This document shows positions 1-9,941 of a stretch of DNA of 64,000 nucleotides, piece by piece. Origin of the DNA: a bacterium (GTDB lineage: Bacteria; Hinthialibacterota; Hinthialibacteria; Hinthialibacterales; Hinthialibacteraceae); contig CAXXMV010000002.1 in NCBI GenBank assembly GCA_963662285.2, forward strand, positions 288,001 to 352,000, given 5' to 3'. Both the position numbers and the translations under genes were made by a program. The first letter of the stretch is position 1; each line of letters begins with the position of its first letter. The notes beneath the pieces were generated by a model that saw only the letters and a program-made list of their open reading frames with translations, was not told the origin of the DNA and made no database searches.

Positions 1-835
1 GGTAATGAGATTGGCATCGACTTTCTGTGGCTGCAGAAATAGCGGTGGATTGTTGCGAATGATTTTTAAAAGCACTTGATTTTTGATGGAGCGCGGTGTT
101 ATCATTACTGTAATTTTAGATATCTTGTGAATGCTATTTTGGGTGGTTCGGGAGTTTTTGTTTAAGGTAAGATTGTTTCATAAAGTGAAATAATTAAGCG
201 TACTATGGTTGATTTTCCTCACTAGTCGAGATGATTTTCGATAATATTGTTTTGTGTATATTTCCCGAAAAGGAGATTATTCCACTTTGAATTAAATAAT
301 CCGATAGTTAGACTATATTTTGTGTTTTAACATAAGGCGTATAAATATATTCTGCATAAGTGATTGTAATTCAATACTTTTTTAGCAGTATTTAATTATT
401 TTTCCTTTGACTAAAGGATATTTAACATTTTTCGTAGTTGTGATAATGATGATTGGAATCAGATCAAAAAGCAAAATAGGTCATTGATTTTTTTAGGAAT
501 ATATGGTTCAATGTTTTGTAGTTATGCAGATTAACATAAAACAAATGCTCTAAGGTTTGGAATTTTTATAAATTATTAATTTGAATTCGGTTGCGGTTGA
601 GGGAAGTTTTTGAAATCAGCTAAGCATTGCATCTCGTGGAGAAAATTGAATTTTTCTTCTGCTAGGATTGATTGGTATATCATAGCAGCAAGCGAAGTTG
701 CTCGATTATAGTATGAGCCTTTTCGATAATGAATTCCTTTCTCCCGCCGCATTCCATATCGGGATCCAAATCAGGTTTTCCGTGAAAAGCGGTCGTACGA
801 TTTGGGATGGTAAAGGATAAGGGAGAAAACCACCG

Positions 836-1639
836 ATGAATCAAGTGGCTGCACCTACAAATACAACGGCGATGATATTAGAAACTGCCAAAAAAGAAGA
901 CAAGGGTTTCATTCATCCTTCAGTGTGCATTGATCCAAGCGTACAACTTGGAGAAGGCGTGATATTGCACGCGAATGTAGTCATTGAACGAGCTGTACGT
1001 ATTGGCGCCAATGCAGAGATTCATGTTGGTTGTTATATTGGAGAAGATTGCGTAATAGGTGAGAATACTGTTTTGTATACGTCAGTAACCTTGCGTGAAA
1101 AGACCAGGATTGGCGCACGGGTAAAGATTGCTGCGGGAGCGGTTATAGGCAGCGATGGTTTCGGGTATGTGAAGCAGGAAGATGGCGTTAATTTTAAGGT
1201 TCCCCAAGTTGGTTATGTAATTATAGAGGATGATGTTTGCATTGGTTCAAACACAACAATTGATAGAGCTACGTTAGGTAAAACGACTATAAGCAAAGGC
1301 GCTATAATCGGAAATCTGGTTCAAGTCGGTCATAATGTATGCGTCGGTGAGAATTCGAGGATTGGAGACAGCGTCGGTGTTTGCGGGAGTTGTAAGATAG
1401 GGAGTCATGTTTCAATCGGGCAAGGCGTAGGCATGGTTGGTCATATTCGTATTGGCGATCATGCGGAAGTGGCGAGCGGTTCAGGCATCAGCAAAGATGT
1501 TGCGGATGGCGTGAAGATGCAAGGCGTACCTGCAATGGATGAAGAGACCTATGAAAAGTTTTATTCATACCTGTCAAAAATGCCGGAATTCGTTTCCCGC
1601 CTTAAGGATATAGAAGACAAAATTAAGTCTAAAGGATAG
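836..1639 (+). CDS. lpxD: LpxD-like hexapeptide-repeat acyltransferase lacking the N-terminal uridine-binding domain
   Basis: Hexapeptide repeats; [31 protein letters not shown] and QVGHN motifs; SD AAGGGAG upstream. Confidence 0.75.
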   Translation: MNQVAAPTNTTAMILETAKKEDKGFIHPSVCIDPSVQLGEGVILHANVVIERAVRIGANAEIHVGCYIGEDCVIGENTVLYTSVTLREKTRIGARVKIAAGAVIGSDGFGYVKQEDGVNFKVPQVGYVIIEDDVCIGSNTTIDRATLGKTTISKGAIIGNLVQVGHNVCVGENSRIGDSVGVCGSCKIGSHVSIGQGVGMVGHIRIGDHAEVASGSGISKDVADGVKMQGVPAMDEETYEKFYSYLSKMPEFVSRLKDIEDKIKSKG

Positions 1640-1853
1640 GTTTTTATTATTATTAGATTTTTTTATGAAACCTGAAAAAGAATTTATTCATAACTTATTT
1701 TTTGCTTCCTTCCGCTTTATCTCTTTAAACCTTTACAATATCTATATAAAAGGCTTTATTCAAATTTACTAACAATAAATCGAATTATGATTAGATTTCA
1801 GATAGATTATCAGTTTTACCTTTAATTAAAAAATATTTCACTAGAGGAGTATT

Positions 1854-2993
1854 ATGGTTCAGGAACGTATTGTAACGTCAGAATCCGTAACGGAAGGACA
1901 TCCAGACAAAATCGCAGATCAGATATCAGATGGAATTCTGGATGCTATCTATGAACAAGACCCGAATGGCCGCGTCGCCTGTGAAACTTTGGTGACGACA
2001 GGTTTGATCCTAATCGCAGGAGAAATAACTACTACTGCCAATATTGAATATTCGAAAATCGCTCGTTCTGTGGTAAATGATATTGGTTATAACAATGCTG
2101 ATTATGGCTTCGATTGCAATACCTGCGCTGTAATGGTTACGCTTGACCGCCAGTCGCCTGATATCTCGCAAGGCGTTGATGAAGGCGAAGGGCACGAACA
2201 AGGCGCTGGCGATCAGGGTATGATGTATGGCTATGCGACCAATGAAAATGATTCTTATATGCCAATGCCAATTACTTTGGCGCATAAATTGACCATGCGT
2301 TTATCTGAAGTGCGTAAATCCGGCGTCTTGCCTTGGGTTCGCTCGGATGGAAAATCGCAAGTCAGCGTTGTTTATGAGGATGGCAAAGTCAAACAAGTTG
2401 ATGCGGTTGTAATTTCAACGCAACATGCTCCGGAAATTTCTCAACAAGAGATTACCGATTCGATTACTGAAGAAGTTATCAAAAAAATCATTCCAGAAAA
2501 TCTTATGCATAGCGGAACCAAGCTGCATATTAATCCAACCGGGCGTTTTGTGGTTGGCGGCCCGATGGGCGACTGTGGTTTGACTGGCCGTAAGATTATC
2601 GTTGATACATATGGCGGCGTTGGACGTCATGGCGGGGGCGCTTTCTCAGGTAAAGATCCATCCAAAGTAGACCGTAGCGCTGCTTATGCTGCGCGTCATG
2701 TTGCTAAGAATGTAGTTGCAGCAGGTTTGGCTGATCGTTGTGAAGTTCAATTGGCCTATGCCATTGGCGTGGCTAATCCGGTGTCGATTGACGTGGATAC
2801 TTTTGGCACGGCCAAAATTCCGGAAGAGCAGATTTCTCAGAAAGTTAAAGATGTTTTCGACCTGCGTCCTTCAGCCATTATCCAGCGCTTGGATCTGCGT
2901 CGCCCGATTTATCGCGCAACGGCTGCTTATGGTCATTTCGGTCGTCCCGAATTCCCGTGGGAAAAATTGGATTATGTTGATAAACTAAAATAA
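1854..2993 (+). CDS. metK: S-adenosylmethionine synthetase
   Basis: [18 protein letters not shown] and [16 protein letters not shown] signatures. Confidence 0.98.
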   Translation: MVQERIVTSESVTEGHPDKIADQISDGILDAIYEQDPNGRVACETLVTTGLILIAGEITTTANIEYSKIARSVVNDIGYNNADYGFDCNTCAVMVTLDRQSPDISQGVDEGEGHEQGAGDQGMMYGYATNENDSYMPMPITLAHKLTMRLSEVRKSGVLPWVRSDGKSQVSVVYEDGKVKQVDAVVISTQHAPEISQQEITDSITEEVIKKIIPENLMHSGTKLHINPTGRFVVGGPMGDCGLTGRKIIVDTYGGVGRHGGGAFSGKDPSKVDRSAAYAARHVAKNVVAAGLADRCEVQLAYAIGVANPVSIDVDTFGTAKIPEEQISQKVKDVFDLRPSAIIQRLDLRRPIYRATAAYGHFGRPEFPWEKLDYVDKLK

Positions 2994-3041
2994 TGGATTC
3001 ATTTATGTTTTTGATGAATCTATCAAATTGATACTATTATT

Positions 3042-3070
3042 ACAAAGCCCCTGCTCAGGGGCTTTGTTTG
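3042..3070 (+). terminator. Intrinsic terminator after metK
   Basis: CAAAGCCCCTG-CT-CAGGGGCTTTG inverted repeat followed by T-rich sequence. Confidence 0.75.
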
Positions 3071-3218
3071 TATTGAAAATCAGGGAATTTTTGTCTGGAT
3101 TACTTGCATAATATTTTTATATACGAAATTTCTACATCTACGTTATTTGATTCAACGACTCCTTTATTGAATTAAATGCAATAAGAGATAACCTTTTAAT
3201 ATAATCAAAGGTGAGGCT

Positions 3219-3944
3219 ATGCGTCTCCAGGAACTTGGTAAGAGAATTCGTACGCAACGTGAAAAGTTAGGACTGAAACAGATTGATCTGGCGCATGCGC
3301 TCCAAGTCAGTCCTCAAGCGGTCTCTAAATGGGAGCGTGCGGAAAATGGACCGGATATAACCATTCTTGGTGAACTAGCTAAATTGCTGGGCGTTTCAAC
3401 CGATTGGCTGTTGGGGCTTCATGCCGAAGATAAAGAAGTATTTGAAGCGACTGTTTTTGCCTCCAGTATTAGAGGCGCCTATAAAAAATCCCGGAAAATG
3501 GAACCGGGTGGTTTTGCGTTGTGGGCTAATGGCTTATTTTTTTCTATTACGGAATCTGTTTTGCGATTTGATGCAGTGCCCATCAAATGTATGGGAGATC
3601 AGTTTCTATGCTTTTTTTCCGGTTCAATGCATCAGGAACGGGCAATTCAAGCCACCCGTTTAACCAAAGAAATGATCGCTGAAGATTTGATAGTGGGATT
3701 GAGCTGCGGAGAGATTTTTCTCGGTTCAGTGGGACATCCTGATTATGCTCATCCAGACATTATGGGAGAAATAGTAAATCTTGCTTTTCTAACCATGGGA
3801 TGGGCTGAAACCAATACGCAAACGCATGTCGCTGTTACCAAGGATGTTATCAGCAGTATTGAGGATGTAGAAATAGGCGAAACGGAATCAGCCATATTCA
3901 AAGGCATTGAAAGTTCTGTTGAAGTGTGTGAGCTTTTGTTCTAG
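3219..3944 (+). CDS. XRE/Cro-C1 HTH protein fused to a degenerate class III nucleotidyl-cyclase-like domain
   Basis: N-terminal LKQIDLA..VSPQAVSKWE..P..LAKLLGVSTDWLL HTH; C-terminal ATVFASSIRG, PIKCMGDQFLCFF and PDIMGEIVNLA resemble cyclase motifs. Confidence 0.8.
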   Translation: MRLQELGKRIRTQREKLGLKQIDLAHALQVSPQAVSKWERAENGPDITILGELAKLLGVSTDWLLGLHAEDKEVFEATVFASSIRGAYKKSRKMEPGGFALWANGLFFSITESVLRFDAVPIKCMGDQFLCFFSGSMHQERAIQATRLTKEMIAEDLIVGLSCGEIFLGSVGHPDYAHPDIMGEIVNLAFLTMGWAETNTQTHVAVTKDVISSIEDVEIGETESAIFKGIESSVEVCELLF

Positions 3945-4005
3945 AAATATTCCATAAATTTGATTACAAAATTATATTAATTAACTTATGAAAGAGGTAA
4001 ATGTA

Positions 4006-5466
4006 ATGAGTCAAGATGCAAAGAAAACAGGGATTGATTTATCCACGATTAAATTACCCGATTATTCAGGTCTACCATATAAGGTTGCTGATTTGGAACT
4101 GGCTGATTTCGGGCGTAGAGAATTAGATATTGCTGAAGAAGAAATGCCGGGTTTGGTGTCATCGAGAAAAAAATATGGCGTTGAGAAGCCTTTATCCGGG
4201 GCGCGGATTACGGGTTCGCTCCACATGACCATTCAAACGGCTGTTTTGATTGAAACATTGAAAGAACTGGGCGCTGATGTTCGCTGGGCGACATGCAATA
4301 TCTTCTCAACTCAGGATCACGCCGCTGCGGCGATTGCCAAAACTGGAACGCCGGTATACGCCTGGAAAGGTGAATCGCTGGAAGACTATTGGGAATGCAC
4401 CTTGCAAGCGCTGTCTTTTCCCGGTGGGAAAGGGCCTGAGATGATAGTCGATGATGGCGGCGATGCTACGTTGCTGATTCACCGGGGATATCAGGCTGAA
4501 GAGGATTCTTCTATTCTGGATGTACCTACCGATGTACGTGAACTAGCTATAATCAACGCTCTTCTGAAACGTGAATTGCAGAAGAATCCTAATCGCTGGC
4601 ATGATGTTGTTAAAGAAATGCGCGGCGTGTCGGAAGAAACCACTACCGGCGTTCATCGTCTCTATGAGATGATGGAGAACAAGAAACTTCTCTTCCCTGC
4701 TATTAATGTTAATGATTCGGTTACTAAATCGAAATTTGATAACCTATATGGATGCCGTGAATCTCTGGCTGATGGAATTAAAAGAGCCACAGATGTCATG
4801 GTTGCGGGCAAGATTGTCTGCGTATGCGGTTATGGAGATGTCGGTAAGGGCTGCGCTCAGTCAATGCGTGGATTCGGCGCCCGTGTCTTGGTTACCGAAA
4901 TTGATCCGATATGCGCTCTGCAAGCCGCAATGGAAGGTTTTGAAGTTACTACTTTGGAAGATGCGCTTAGCGAAGCCAATATTTTCGTCACCACTACCGG
5001 CAACTGCGATATCATCCGAGTCGAGCATATGGAGAAGATGCTGGATCAGGCCATTGTCTGCAACATCGGTCACTTTGATAATGAAATCCAGGTTGATAAG
5101 CTGAATAATTATCCCGGCATAAAAATGTTGACTATCAAACCTCAGGTGGATAAATATACTTTCCCGACGGGGAATTCCATCTTCATGCTGGCGGAAGGCC
5201 GTCTGGTAAACCTTGGTTGCGCTACGGGGCATCCATCATTCGTTATGTCTAACTCATTCACCAATCAGGTATTAGCGCAGATCGATCTATGGAAAGATCC
5301 CAAAGAGATCGGCGTTTACCGTTTATCCAAGAAATTGGATGAAGAAGTCGCCCGTCTACACCTGGCGAAATTGGGCGTTAAAATGACGAAATTAACCCAG
5401 GCTCAGGCCGATTATATCGGAGTCCCGGTTGAAGGTCCCTACAAGCCAGAGCATTACCGGTATTAA
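4006..5466 (+). CDS. ahcY: Adenosylhomocysteinase (start at MSQD, after SD GAGGT)
   Basis: [38 protein letters not shown] and GHPSFVMS motifs. Confidence 0.98.
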   Translation: MSQDAKKTGIDLSTIKLPDYSGLPYKVADLELADFGRRELDIAEEEMPGLVSSRKKYGVEKPLSGARITGSLHMTIQTAVLIETLKELGADVRWATCNIFSTQDHAAAAIAKTGTPVYAWKGESLEDYWECTLQALSFPGGKGPEMIVDDGGDATLLIHRGYQAEEDSSILDVPTDVRELAIINALLKRELQKNPNRWHDVVKEMRGVSEETTTGVHRLYEMMENKKLLFPAINVNDSVTKSKFDNLYGCRESLADGIKRATDVMVAGKIVCVCGYGDVGKGCAQSMRGFGARVLVTEIDPICALQAAMEGFEVTTLEDALSEANIFVTTTGNCDIIRVEHMEKMLDQAIVCNIGHFDNEIQVDKLNNYPGIKMLTIKPQVDKYTFPTGNSIFMLAEGRLVNLGCATGHPSFVMSNSFTNQVLAQIDLWKDPKEIGVYRLSKKLDEEVARLHLAKLGVKMTKLTQAQADYIGVPVEGPYKPEHYRY

Positions 5467-5499
5467 TTTTGTTGCGGAATAGATAATTGAGTGATTATC

Positions 5500-5533
5500 A
5501 AGGGGCTGCGCTTAACCGTGCAGCCTCTTTTTT
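5500..5533 (+). terminator. Intrinsic terminator after ahcY
   Basis: AAGGGGCTGCGC...GTGCAGCCTCTT stem followed by a T run. Confidence 0.65.
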
Positions 5534-6288
5534 GTTGGATCAGTGAAGGTGCATGGGACGCCGACCAGGCATTTTCCGCATACGTCCGTGGTTCCGAATT
5601 GCGTCAATCGCGCATTGTTATCAAGGCACATTTCATGACAGCGGAAGCGGTCGAATTGCATATCAGTGAAGGCGTGGTTGACGCATCTCTCCATACATTT
5701 TTTACATGACTGGTCGAATTTATAGAGACAATGTTCATGATCCGGCCTGGATGACGGGCTGATCTCTGCGGTTGTTATCATGCTACCCAGTCTTCCACCG
5801 CACCCTTCTTCTGTGATCAACATATTATTCATGCCGAAAGTTCCTAGGCCAGAGATATAGGCGATATGTCTATGTGACCAGTCGCTGATCAACTTTTCCT
5901 CATCAAAATTATGGGTTGCCGGAATGACCTTTGATTGATGGCCGTGTTGGAGCATAAAATTATTCAGATGGTTGCTTAAATCCATAATTAACTGATTCGT
6001 AATAATATACGATTCGGCCCATAGGTCAGAGCAATCCTTATTTTTGATATTGCTACTGGTAATTTCTTTAATAAATGGAATAAAGAATGCGATAACGGTT
6101 TTTGCGTTTTGCAGAAGGTCATTTGGATGAGCATGGGATGGAGAGACTACGGTTTTCAATTCATTGAAGAGTGGATCGTTGGCATCGGCGTAGCCGACTA
6201 ATGGAGTTCTCCAATAATTTTCTATTCCATTTTGTATGGAGTAATTACTAATATATTTTTGAATTTCTTCGGTTATTAATGTCTTCAT
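5512..6288 (-). CDS. Epoxyqueuosine reductase-like 4Fe-4S protein
   Basis: WSHRHIAYISGLGTFG, GRLGSMIT and two Cys clusters (CKKCMERC; CGKC...C). Confidence 0.75.
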   Translation of the reverse strand: MKTLITEEIQKYISNYSIQNGIENYWRTPLVGYADANDPLFNELKTVVSPSHAHPNDLLQNAKTVIAFFIPFIKEITSSNIKNKDCSDLWAESYIITNQLIMDLSNHLNNFMLQHGHQSKVIPATHNFDEEKLISDWSHRHIAYISGLGTFGMNNMLITEEGCGGRLGSMITTAEISPSSRPDHEHCLYKFDQSCKKCMERCVNHAFTDMQFDRFRCHEMCLDNNARLTQFGTTDVCGKCLVGVPCTFTDPTKKRLHG

Positions 6289-6405
6289 GGTTATAGATTC
6301 ATATTAGATTATTAATTTTCACATAGTTTATCTTTTAAGAAGAGAAAGTTGAACCTATAGATAGAACTGAATTACCTCTCTGCACTTGATTTTATAAGGT
6401 AGTCT

Positions 6406-7677
6406 ATGTCATTGTTTAGGCGTCTTTTAATTTGCATTCAAGATAATAATTCCAATGGAGGAAGATTCTCGATGAATATTAAAAAAATAGTATTTCGAAT
6501 GAAATATCGAATATTAGCAGCTCTAACTGTTTGTTGTTTTTCATCTACGGTAATTGCCGAGAGTCCGGCGGGAATGCTGGATAGCCTCTCGAAGAAACGG
6601 GACGCCGTTACCAAGCGCATTTCCAGCTTCGACCAGACGGGCGGCAATAGCGATAGGATTGGCATCGAACCGGGCGCCACGGCGGTTATCGCTCAAATTG
6701 ATAAGCCCGGCATCATTAAACATATCTGGATGACAATAGCTCATTCAGATAAAAACTACCGCCGTATGATGGTTTTACGCATGTACTGGGATGATGAAAA
6801 AGAACCGAGCGTCGAAGCGCCGATAGGCGACTTTTTTGGTCAGGGATGGGGAGAAGAGTATCTCTATAATACGCTGCCATTGGCTGCTGGACCTACCAAT
6901 GGCCGTGGATTGAACTGTTATTTTCCTATGCCTTTTTCCAAACGGGCGCGGATCGAAGTCGTTAATCAATCAGAGAAAAAATGCAACTCGCTCTATTTTT
7001 ATATTGATTATGAGGAACATAAAAAAATATCGAAGGATCAATTACGCTTTCATGCCTGGTATAATCAGGAACTTACTGAACCAATGAAAGGCGATGAGAA
7101 CGAATGGAACGCTCTGCGCAGCCCGGCTGATGAGAATCCTACTGATGAAGATAATTACCTGATAATCGACGCTGAGGGCGAGGGGCATTATGTCGGCGTG
7201 AATTATTACGTCAGTTGCCCTTCTCCGATGTGGTATGGCGAGGGCGATGATATGTGGAATATTGATGGCGAGAAATGGCCCTTTTCGCTGCATGGAACAG
7301 GGACGGAGGATTATTTCAATTCATCCTGGTGTCCCAAGGAAGTATTTATGCATCCATTTTTCGGGTATCCCCGCGTGAATCATCAAGAGGGATGGATGGG
7401 GCGGACTCACTGTTACCGCTTCCATATTCAAGAACCCATTATATTCAAGAAATCATTACGCGGCTCCATAGAACATGGCCATGCCAATAGCATGACTGAA
7501 GAAATCGCCACGGTGGCTTATTGGTATCAGAAAGAACCGCATAAAACGTTTCCTGCTCTGGCGGCAGCAAAGGACCGGCTGCCCCGTTCAGGGATTGGCG
7601 TTTCTGAGATTCATCGCTGGAGAGACGCCTGGAGAGAAAAACAAGGCGGAGGCGTTTTGTGGGGGAATGAGCGGTAA
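6406..7677 (+). CDS. DUF2961 / GH172 family secreted glycoside hydrolase (true start probably downstream)
   Basis: SSFDQTGGNSD, PGIIKHIWMT, CYFPMPF, WYGEGDD and GTGTEDYF motifs; signal-peptide-like stretch. Confidence 0.85.
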   Translation: MSLFRRLLICIQDNNSNGGRFSMNIKKIVFRMKYRILAALTVCCFSSTVIAESPAGMLDSLSKKRDAVTKRISSFDQTGGNSDRIGIEPGATAVIAQIDKPGIIKHIWMTIAHSDKNYRRMMVLRMYWDDEKEPSVEAPIGDFFGQGWGEEYLYNTLPLAAGPTNGRGLNCYFPMPFSKRARIEVVNQSEKKCNSLYFYIDYEEHKKISKDQLRFHAWYNQELTEPMKGDENEWNALRSPADENPTDEDNYLIIDAEGEGHYVGVNYYVSCPSPMWYGEGDDMWNIDGEKWPFSLHGTGTEDYFNSSWCPKEVFMHPFFGYPRVNHQEGWMGRTHCYRFHIQEPIIFKKSLRGSIEHGHANSMTEEIATVAYWYQKEPHKTFPALAAAKDRLPRSGIGVSEIHRWRDAWREKQGGGVLWGNER

Positions 7678-7701
7678 AACATTATCGGATTTGGTTTCAT
7701 T

Positions 7702-7886
7702 GTTGCATTGTTACATAAAAATAGAGAGTAAATAATGAATAGGGATTAGCGTAAGTGATTGTTTTTATGTTGTTTAAGGCATGGCCTGATTATTAAGTAT
7801 TGGATAAATCAATTGCTGAGTTACATAACCGTTACATAAGATGTACGCTCTAATGAACAAATACTATGCGTTAGAGCGTACATCTT
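7702..7886. repeat. Repeat array 3' of the AlbA_2 gene: GTTACATAA direct repeats and a 16-bp inverted repeat
   Basis: GTTACATAACCGTTACATAA at 7820-7839; GTTGCATTGTTACATAA at 7702-7718; AAGATGTACGCTCTAA (7838-7853) / TTAGAGCGTACATCTT (7871-7886). Confidence 0.75.
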
Positions 7887-7896
7887 TTAATATCTC

Positions 7897-9360
7897 TTAA
7901 GCCCAAAAGGGCACGTATTTTGAGTGTTTCTTTGATGTGTTATCTGGATCGTGAGGTTTGATGAGATTTGCTTTTATTGTTTCCGCTATAATTCTTGAGG
8001 CCATAGGGTAGTTGTTGGATTTAATGGAAAAACGTTCTCTAAGGGAAGTATTAGTCATTTGTTCATTTGAAACGTATTTTAAGACAGCGTGTTGGTAGCA
8101 TGCTCTTATTTTCTCTTTTTTATCCATTTGACAAACTTTTTTATAAGCGAAAAGAATTACTTTTGTGTTCTGCTCTGTAACAATAAATTCGGGAGCAGGT
8201 AATTGATAGAATTCTACTTCAGAGATTACTTTGTCTATTCCGCTTCCTCTTTCCTCACAAATATTAATACGCCTCATGAATGAAGCCAGTGATTCGTTTC
8301 TTGATTGGGGCGGCTCATCAATGAAGCGTAACGTGTCTATTAAAGGTGTGCCCGGATTTGTGAATTCTATTCGATCATCGAATATTTCAACAATTGGTCC
8401 TGTTCCATTGATAGTGAAATCCTGATGAATTAAAGCATTTGCGAGGAGTTCCCGAATTGCAATTTCTGGATACATTCGTTCACTTTTCCGCAATGCTTTC
8501 TCAATAATTTCGTTCTGAGGTAATAAATTATTAATGAAATTAATGGCTCCTTCAAATCCTATCGCATAACCATATTTTCCTATTTGTTCCCGGATTGTCT
8601 TTACGCGGTTTTTACCATTATATACAATTACGCGTATTGCTTTTCGTCTTAATGCGTCAATTTGATCAATATCTTTGGCAAATAAAATTCCTCCCAAACA
8701 AGTGATGTCATAATATCCTCCCTCTTTTTCATTTATTAAGTTTTCGGATTTGAGTTTTCCTAATATTCCATTACTGTTTTCAGGAAGAGGCTGGTTTGTT
8801 AAATCGAAATATGTGGGATAATCGATGTATTTAAGGACTTCATCTTTCGATATATTCTTAATAGTAATTTGTTTCTCATATGGTTCTTTATCGAATATTT
8901 TCCATAATGCGCGTTCTTTTTCTGGGAAATCTTGCAGTTTTCGTTTATAACTACCACACCGGATGTATTCAATACCTATGAAAGAAACTGGTTGATGTAT
9001 TGCACGTGGTATTTCAAAAACAACTATATGAAATTTCTTAAATGTAGTATCAATAATTTTAAAATCTATACGAGGTTGAATTCTATTAGATAACCAATTT
9101 TCTAATTCTTCTTGTCCTATCTTATATACACTTGGCTTAAAAGATGTACCAACAATTTCTTTGGACTTATCATCAATACCCCAGATAAGATAACCTTTGT
9201 CTTTTCCACAAAGAGAAGCCGAATTTGATAAAGCCGAAATATATTCTCCAATCTGGTTGTGCTCGGCCTTATTCCTCTTAAACTCAATCCACTCATTCTC
9301 TTTCTGAAGTCCAATAAATTCAGTTAATAATCTATTTATGTATTCGTTTTCTATATTCAT
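7897..9360 (-). CDS. Schlafen/AlbA_2 + HATPase_c_4 + winged-helix protein (paralog 1)
   Basis: ENEWIEFK and LIWGIDD (AlbA_2); YPEIAIRELLANALIHQD, RNESLA and CEERGSG (HATPase_c_4); C-terminal wHTH ending YVPFWA; AT-rich. Confidence 0.85.
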   Translation of the reverse strand: MNIENEYINRLLTEFIGLQKENEWIEFKRNKAEHNQIGEYISALSNSASLCGKDKGYLIWGIDDKSKEIVGTSFKPSVYKIGQEELENWLSNRIQPRIDFKIIDTTFKKFHIVVFEIPRAIHQPVSFIGIEYIRCGSYKRKLQDFPEKERALWKIFDKEPYEKQITIKNISKDEVLKYIDYPTYFDLTNQPLPENSNGILGKLKSENLINEKEGGYYDITCLGGILFAKDIDQIDALRRKAIRVIVYNGKNRVKTIREQIGKYGYAIGFEGAINFINNLLPQNEIIEKALRKSERMYPEIAIRELLANALIHQDFTINGTGPIVEIFDDRIEFTNPGTPLIDTLRFIDEPPQSRNESLASFMRRINICEERGSGIDKVISEVEFYQLPAPEFIVTEQNTKVILFAYKKVCQMDKKEKIRACYQHAVLKYVSNEQMTNTSLRERFSIKSNNYPMASRIIAETIKANLIKPHDPDNTSKKHSKYVPFWA

Positions 9361-9474
9361 CGGGCTTTTTTCCTTACAAGGGAAGAATACAACAATTTTG
9401 TAAATTATTTATTTTATAATAGCATGAAAACACATAATTTATTTAGTTTATGAAAGGCGTATTCATAATCTTTC

Positions 9475-9502
9475 TAAAGTTTACGTAATAATGAGTCGAT
9501 AT
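9475..9502 (+). promoter_or_regulatory. Putative sigma28 (FliA/SigD) promoter
   Basis: TAAA(GTTT)-N16-GTCGATAT, compared with consensus TAAA-N15/16-GCCGATAW. Confidence 0.55.
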
Positions 9503-9541
9503 AATATAGTACAGCGCCCCAGCTCAAGGAGGTGCGGGACT

Positions 9542-9745
9542 ATGTTTAACTCGTTCGATGTTCTAAATCGTGATACGGTAGTCAGCATAGCACAACCGAG
9601 TACGCAGGTTGGCGACACGCAAAAATATGAGGGAAAAGATAATCCCGGCAACCTGTGGTATTATAAACGGCAAGAGCGAAAAAAGGACGGAAAAGAGAAG
9701 AAGAACCGTCCTAAGGGCGACCATAAAGTTGATTTCGTAGCATAG
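9542..9745 (+). CDS. Small basic hypothetical protein (67 aa)
   Basis: Strong SD AAGGAGG upstream of ATG 9542; terminator-like hairpin downstream. Confidence 0.65.
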   Translation: MFNSFDVLNRDTVVSIAQPSTQVGDTQKYEGKDNPGNLWYYKRQERKKDGKEKKNRPKGDHKVDFVA

Positions 9746-9767
9746 AATTACATAAGATATTTCATAA

Positions 9768-9815
9768 CAACGGCTCGCGGGGAATGATTTCTACCTTGCA
9801 AGCCGTTTTGTTTTT
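9768..9815 (+). terminator. Terminator-like hairpin
   Basis: AACGGCTCGC...GCAAGCCGTT followed by TTGTTTTT. Confidence 0.55.
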
Positions 9816-9941
9816 AGGATTATGGGAAAATAAGAGGTGAACTCATCAAGGGTAGAAAATACACTACCCTTGGCACCCAATATTGTTCTCTTCATGACTA
9901 ATAATATCCCACATTAATATTAATATTTGCATAGATAGGTT

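Noticed and set aside
11-27. Sigma54 promoter TTGGCATCG near the window start
   Set aside because: The -12 element reads TTCT rather than TTGC, and it is >800 bp from the next gene.
1640-1853. SAM riboswitch upstream of metK
   Set aside because: Very AT-rich with no recognisable SAM-I, SAM-II or SAH consensus or stable stems.
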